Assembly (NCBI GenBank): GCA_023511915.1
Contig: JAIMAN010000001.1
Span: 2,877-66,876 of the forward strand
Direction of reading: 5' to 3'
Length of the DNA stretch: 64,000 nucleotides
Source of the DNA: Armatimonadota bacterium
GTDB taxonomy: Bacteria > Armatimonadota > Fimbriimonadia > Fimbriimonadales > GBS-DC
The notes beneath the pieces were generated by a model. That model searched no databases, was not told the origin of the DNA, and saw only the letters and a program-made list of their open reading frames with translations. Both the position numbers and the translations under genes were made by a program. The stretch's first letter is position 1, and every line of letters starts with the position of its first letter. Positions 60,528-64,000 of the stretch are shown piece by piece.

Positions 60528-60530
60528 AGG

Positions 60531-61655
60531 CTAACGGCGGGCAACCAGAAAGATGATGCTCAGAATCAGCCACAGGATGCGCAGCGGCTCTTCAGCGGAG
60601 GCGCGTCGCTGCGCGGGTTCGGGCACCTCCACCGTGTCGCCGGGCAACAGTCGCTCGTCGGGGCGCGTGCCCTGCGCGACCTCCAGCAGGTTCACCGTCA
60701 GCCGCTGCTGCCTGCCGCGCTCCGTCGGACGCAGAATCACCACCCGCTCCAAAATCGCGTTCGGCTTGGGACCGCCCGCCGCCTCAATCGCCTGCGTCAG
60801 CGTCATGTTCTCGGCGTAGTTGATGAGTCCCGCGCGGTTCACCCCGCCGCGCACCACGATGAACTGCCGCACGCTGCGGAACGGCACGGTAATCTGGTCG
60901 CCGGGCTGGAGTTCAAGGTCGCCTGTGATTGTGTTCAGGTTCACGGCGATTGGCTCGGCTTGGTTCGCGCGTCGGATTTGGATGCGCGTGGTGTCGGCTT
61001 CGGGCAGCGTACCGCCCGCCTTGCCGAGGGCTTGAATCAGCGTGCGGGCGTCGTCGTACTCGAACGAACCTGGCGAACGCACCGCGCCCAGCACCAAGAC
61101 GCTCCTGCCGCCCGCGCGCAGCGGCACGAAGATGCGGTCGCCCGCCTGCAAGACGGGGTTCGCGCTCTCGTCGCCCTCTTGGACGAACTTCAGGTGGTTG
61201 ATGGTCAGCCGTTCGCCGCCCGCGCGCTCCAATCGCACCGCGCTCAGGTCGGCGGTGTCGGTCGGTTGCGCGGCGTTCAGCGCGTCGCTCAGTCGCCAGC
61301 CTGTCTGCAGCGGGTAGTCGCCCCCGCGCCGTACCGCGCCCTGCACCGTGACGGTCGCCTGCGCCCGCTGGGCAATCTCCACCGTCACCTTCGGGTCGCG
61401 GTAGAAGTTGCCCTCGCGCAGGCGTTGGGCAATCTCACGGGCGAGTTCGTCGGTGGTGCGCCCCGCCGCCTGTACCAAGCCGATCAGCGGCATCCGAAAC
61501 GCGCCCGACGAGTCCACCACATAGACGCGCGACAGCGACTCGTCGCCCTCCACCGTGATTCGCAGCGAGTCGCCCGCCTGCACGCGCGGCGAATCCTGCG
61601 TCCAGACCGCAACCAGCGTCAGCCACAACGCCAACAGCCCAACCCATCGCGCCAT
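60531..61655 (-). CDS. polysaccharide export protein (Wza-like, SLBB repeats)
   Basis: After the signal peptide MARWVGLLALWLTLVAVWT, the sequence GDSLRITVEGDESL...G.FRMPLIGLVQAAGRTTDELAREIA gives the Poly_export pattern. Several SLBB-like units follow (GAVRSPGSFEY, GGVNRAGLINY). Confidence 0.75.
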   Translation of the reverse strand: MARWVGLLALWLTLVAVWTQDSPRVQAGDSLRITVEGDESLSRVYVVDSSGAFRMPLIGLVQAAGRTTDELAREIAQRLREGNFYRDPKVTVEIAQRAQATVTVQGAVRRGGDYPLQTGWRLSDALNAAQPTDTADLSAVRLERAGGERLTINHLKFVQEGDESANPVLQAGDRIFVPLRAGGRSVLVLGAVRSPGSFEYDDARTLIQALGKAGGTLPEADTTRIQIRRANQAEPIAVNLNTITGDLELQPGDQITVPFRSVRQFIVVRGGVNRAGLINYAENMTLTQAIEAAGGPKPNAILERVVILRPTERGRQQRLTVNLLEVAQGTRPDERLLPGDTVEVPEPAQRRASAEEPLRILWLILSIIFLVARR

Positions 61656-61675
61656 AACACACTAAGGATACCCGC

Positions 61676-62533
61676 TTAGGCGTAGTCCGAACGGAACATC
61701 CCCCCGATGAACCAGCCCAGAAACATCGCAAGCAGCGGCAGGCTCCCGAAAAAGGCGATGCCCACCGACAGCCAATCCGCAAGGTCCACATAGTCCACCA
61801 GCATCAGCACTAGTTGGAACAGGATACGGAAACCCACATAGATCGCCATCACGCCCAGCAGCGACCAGTCGATGTCGGCGCGTGTAATCGCCCAGACGAC
61901 CAGCATGCCTAACCCGTAGAGTACAAACGCGAACAGCGGATTGCAGCACAGGAAGTTGAGAAACAGCACAATCCCCAAGTCGCGGAACAGCTCCACATCG
62001 GTATCCAGTTTGTTCACCAGATGGGAGACGGGCAGCCACGCGCCGACGAGGAAGAAGAACAGCAGGTTCGACCACGCTGCCCATTCGGGTTTCCAGCCCA
62101 GCACCAGCACATTCAGCGCCGCTAACGGCAGCGCGACGCCGAAAAAGCGTTCCAGTTTGGCGGTGAAGGTGTAGCCTTCGACGACCTCACTGATGAAGCG
62201 GATGGAGTCGGCGGGCTGTTGCTGCACGGCGGCTTGTCCTGCGGGGCGCGAGTAGTCGTACAGCGGGGCGGGCTGAGGCGTCGGGATGGCTTGCGTCGGC
62301 TGGCTACTGGGCTGAGGCGTCGGGATGGCTTGCGTCGGCTGGCTGCTGGGCGCTACGGGCGTTGCCTGAGTCGGGTCGCTCCCGCTGGGCGCGCCAACGG
62401 GCGGGCTTGCCGTAGGGTTCGGCGGCAGCGTGCGCGCCACAGCGCCCGTCGCCCGATCACGCCGACACCACTCGCACACCTGCGGATGCGCGCTCTCCTG
62501 ACCGCACCAGCGACAGCGAATCACCGCAGCCAC
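61676..62533 (-). CDS. zinc-ribbon / Pro-rich linker / polytopic membrane protein (hypothetical)
   Basis: The N-terminus is CRWCGQESAHPQVCEWCRRD (CxxC-N10-CxxC). A Pro/Thr/Gln-rich linker with a tandem repeat follows, then 4-5 TM helices. Confidence 0.6.
   Translation of the reverse strand: MAAVIRCRWCGQESAHPQVCEWCRRDRATGAVARTLPPNPTASPPVGAPSGSDPTQATPVAPSSQPTQAIPTPQPSSQPTQAIPTPQPAPLYDYSRPAGQAAVQQQPADSIRFISEVVEGYTFTAKLERFFGVALPLAALNVLVLGWKPEWAAWSNLLFFFLVGAWLPVSHLVNKLDTDVELFRDLGIVLFLNFLCCNPLFAFVLYGLGMLVVWAITRADIDWSLLGVMAIYVGFRILFQLVLMLVDYVDLADWLSVGIAFFGSLPLLAMFLGWFIGGMFRSDYA
62271..62348 (-). repeat. 2 x 39 bp tandem repeat (encodes SSQPTQAIPTPQP twice)
   Basis: The units at 62271-62309 and 62310-62348 differ at one base. 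Confidence 0.9.
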
Positions 62534-63204
62534 CCCCCGAACGGACTCTGCGACGCTTGACGCACCTCAATCGTGGCGATAATCTGGTCGTACACCTTCT
62601 CGTAGTCGCCGAAACTGTTGGGCGGGCAGTAGGCGTTGAAGTGAATCACCTCCGTCGGCGACAGCGGCAGCGTGATCAGATACCCGCGCACGGGCATGCT
62701 CAGAAACGGCACAGGGTGCGGGATTTTGTATTCGTAGTCGCTGCGGATGCCTTCTACGCCGCGAATACGCACGGTTGTACGCTTCGTCTCCGAGAAGTCC
62801 ACATTCCCCCAATCTTCGCGCATCGCGGCGAGGTACATATCGTGCGTGCGGCGCATGAACTGGCTGAGGTTGAACGGCGGCGCGCCTTGCATCTGCCCCA
62901 GCTGCGGCGGCGTCTGCTTCGGCGCGACAATTATAATCTGCATCCCCGTACGCTCCCCGCGCGACAGCGTCACGATGTCCAGAAACTGCACCTCGTCGCT
63001 CGGCTCGGGGAGTCGCAGAATCTGCAGTAGGTCGTGCTCCAGTCGTAGGTGTTTGGGCGCACGCACGCGGAACCGTCCCTGCTCCCGAATCTCCCAGTCG
63101 GACGCGCGTTGCGGGGCGATCTGGCGCGGGTTCGCCAGAATCACCATCTCCGCCACTAACGCAATCAAGCCCACAATCCAAAAGATGCGATAGACAATCA
63201 GCAT
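62521..63204 (-). CDS. hypothetical N-terminally anchored protein
   Basis: I favour the ATG at 63204 (MLIVYRIFWIVGLIALVAEMVILA), which is preceded by GGAGGAcacGGAG. The track start at 63327 would add a 41 aa unanchored leader. Confidence 0.55.
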   Translation of the reverse strand: MLIVYRIFWIVGLIALVAEMVILANPRQIAPQRASDWEIREQGRFRVRAPKHLRLEHDLLQILRLPEPSDEVQFLDIVTLSRGERTGMQIIIVAPKQTPPQLGQMQGAPPFNLSQFMRRTHDMYLAAMREDWGNVDFSETKRTTVRIRGVEGIRSDYEYKIPHPVPFLSMPVRGYLITLPLSPTEVIHFNAYCPPNSFGDYEKVYDQIIATIEVRQASQSPFGGWLR

Positions 63205-63288
63205 CTCCGTGTCCTCCGTAGCATTACCTAAATACACATCGGAGGGCTCAATTCCTGCCAAATTCAGGGCAAAATCCCGCAAATTTGC

Positions 63289-63645
63289 TTGGCTCGATGT
63301 CCGCTTTTCGGGGCGATTCTGAGTCATAGGAACGCCAACGGCAAAGCGTTCTCAGCAAGCGTTACTACGAGAACTATTCGGAGGTGTGCAGATGGAAAGA
63401 CTGATGCTGTGGGCAACTTGACGAACTCCATCAGGGGTCAGTTTACTGTGTATGGCAACTTCACGGACGGCGAGCGGTTTATTTGGGCGCCGCCAGGCGG
63501 TGGTAGACAGATAGGCTTTGAGGGCTACACGGGCGCGGGCACGGCGCTGTTCCGCCTGCGGGTGCTGCCCGAACCTGCCAGCATGCTGGCGTTGGGCGCG
63601 GGTCTGGCGGGTCTGGCTGCGCTGCGTCGGCGGAAGAAGCAATAA
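63289..63645 (+). CDS. small ORF ending in a PEP-CTERM sorting signal; N-terminus unclear, possibly a gene remnant
   Basis: The C-terminus VLPEPASMLALGAGLAGLAALRRRKKQ has PEP, a TM helix and a basic tail. No signal peptide is present. An RBS-preceded ATG at 63392 opens a different frame that stops after 9 codons. Confidence 0.45.
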   Translation: MARCPLFGAILSHRNANGKAFSASVTTRTIRRCADGKTDAVGNLTNSIRGQFTVYGNFTDGERFIWAPPGGGRQIGFEGYTGAGTALFRLRVLPEPASMLALGAGLAGLAALRRRKKQ

Positions 63646-63671
63646 ATGTCTTTGCAGTGAGATTAAGCATA

Positions 63672-63751
63672 GCCCCTACCCCAACCCTCCCCGCGGGCGG
63701 GGAGGGAGTGGCGGTTCCTCCCCCGTCCACGGGGGAACCTGAAGGAGGGGG
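63672..63751 (-). repeat. family-B repeat copy (inverted relative to 58403-58476)
   Basis: The sequence is gcccctaccccaaccctccccgcgggcggggagggagtggcggttcctcccccgtccacgggggaacctgaaggaggggg. Confidence 0.8.
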
Positions 63752-63796
63752 TTCTCGGCGTCCTTTTCTGGGAACTCTGCCTATGTGAGAGTTGTT

Positions 63797-64000
63797 AGCC
63801 GCCGCAGCGCCAGCCGAAGTTGAACAGCACTTCCAGCAAGTCTGCGTCGTCCACCACGCCGTCGTTGTTCACATCCGCAGGGTTCGGATCGCAACCGCCC
63901 GTCTGGGAGAAGGCGATGTTATCGTACCGACGCCCCAGTCGTTGCCGAAGCGAATTCCGATAACCCTGCCTTTGACCGTATCTGGGTCGAAGGTGAAGGT
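63797..64000 (-). CDS. 3' end of a gene with a dockerin/EF-hand-like C-terminal motif (partial, apparent frameshift)
   Basis: The minus-strand translation ends ...YDNIAFSQTGGCDPNPADVNNDGVVDDADLLEVLFNFGWRCGG*. Upstream, the protein-like sequence (TFTFDPDTVKGRVIGIRFGNDWGV) lies in another frame. Confidence 0.45.

Overview
This is a high-GC, gene-dense bacterial chromosomal window made up mostly of housekeeping genes. The prepilin/DUF1559 protein, PEP-CTERM tail, dockerin-like tail and flagellar genes suggest an Armatimonadota- or Planctomycetota-like organism, but that is inference I cannot verify here. Confident calls, read directly from the translations, are rpoB, rpoC, gyrA, flhA, fliC, aroA, deoB, pth, holB, sucD, prpB, rqcH, a P-type ATPase, a CPA2 antiporter, two aldehyde dehydrogenases, an ABC-2 transporter pair and a two-gene restriction-modification cassette. 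I found no rRNA, tRNA, CRISPR array, transposase or prophage, and no clear novel multi-gene system. The best second-look items are as follows. (1) rpoC carries an in-frame insertion of about 300 codons at the trigger-loop site, and about 720 nt of it is sharply AT-rich with a different codon usage. (2) Several families of modular, nested G/C-rich palindromic intergenic repeats are present. One is a 52-53 nt unit with a three-way-junction fold in three copies, where variation is confined to loops and linker. Another is a roughly 400 bp composite bracketed by perfect 21 bp inverted repeats. (3) rpoB has a four-cysteine zinc-ribbon insert. (4) A 5' fragment of uvrA ends in an ATGA overlap with deoB. 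(5) There are several decayed or frameshifted genes. (6) A GGTAYAAT -10 box recurs 5-12 nt upstream of many start codons, implying leaderless or near-leaderless mRNAs. Many long ORFs in the track are antisense shadows of real genes, and several track ORFs carry false N-terminal extensions that translate repeats; I trimmed those starts. The track renders GTG and TTG starts as M.
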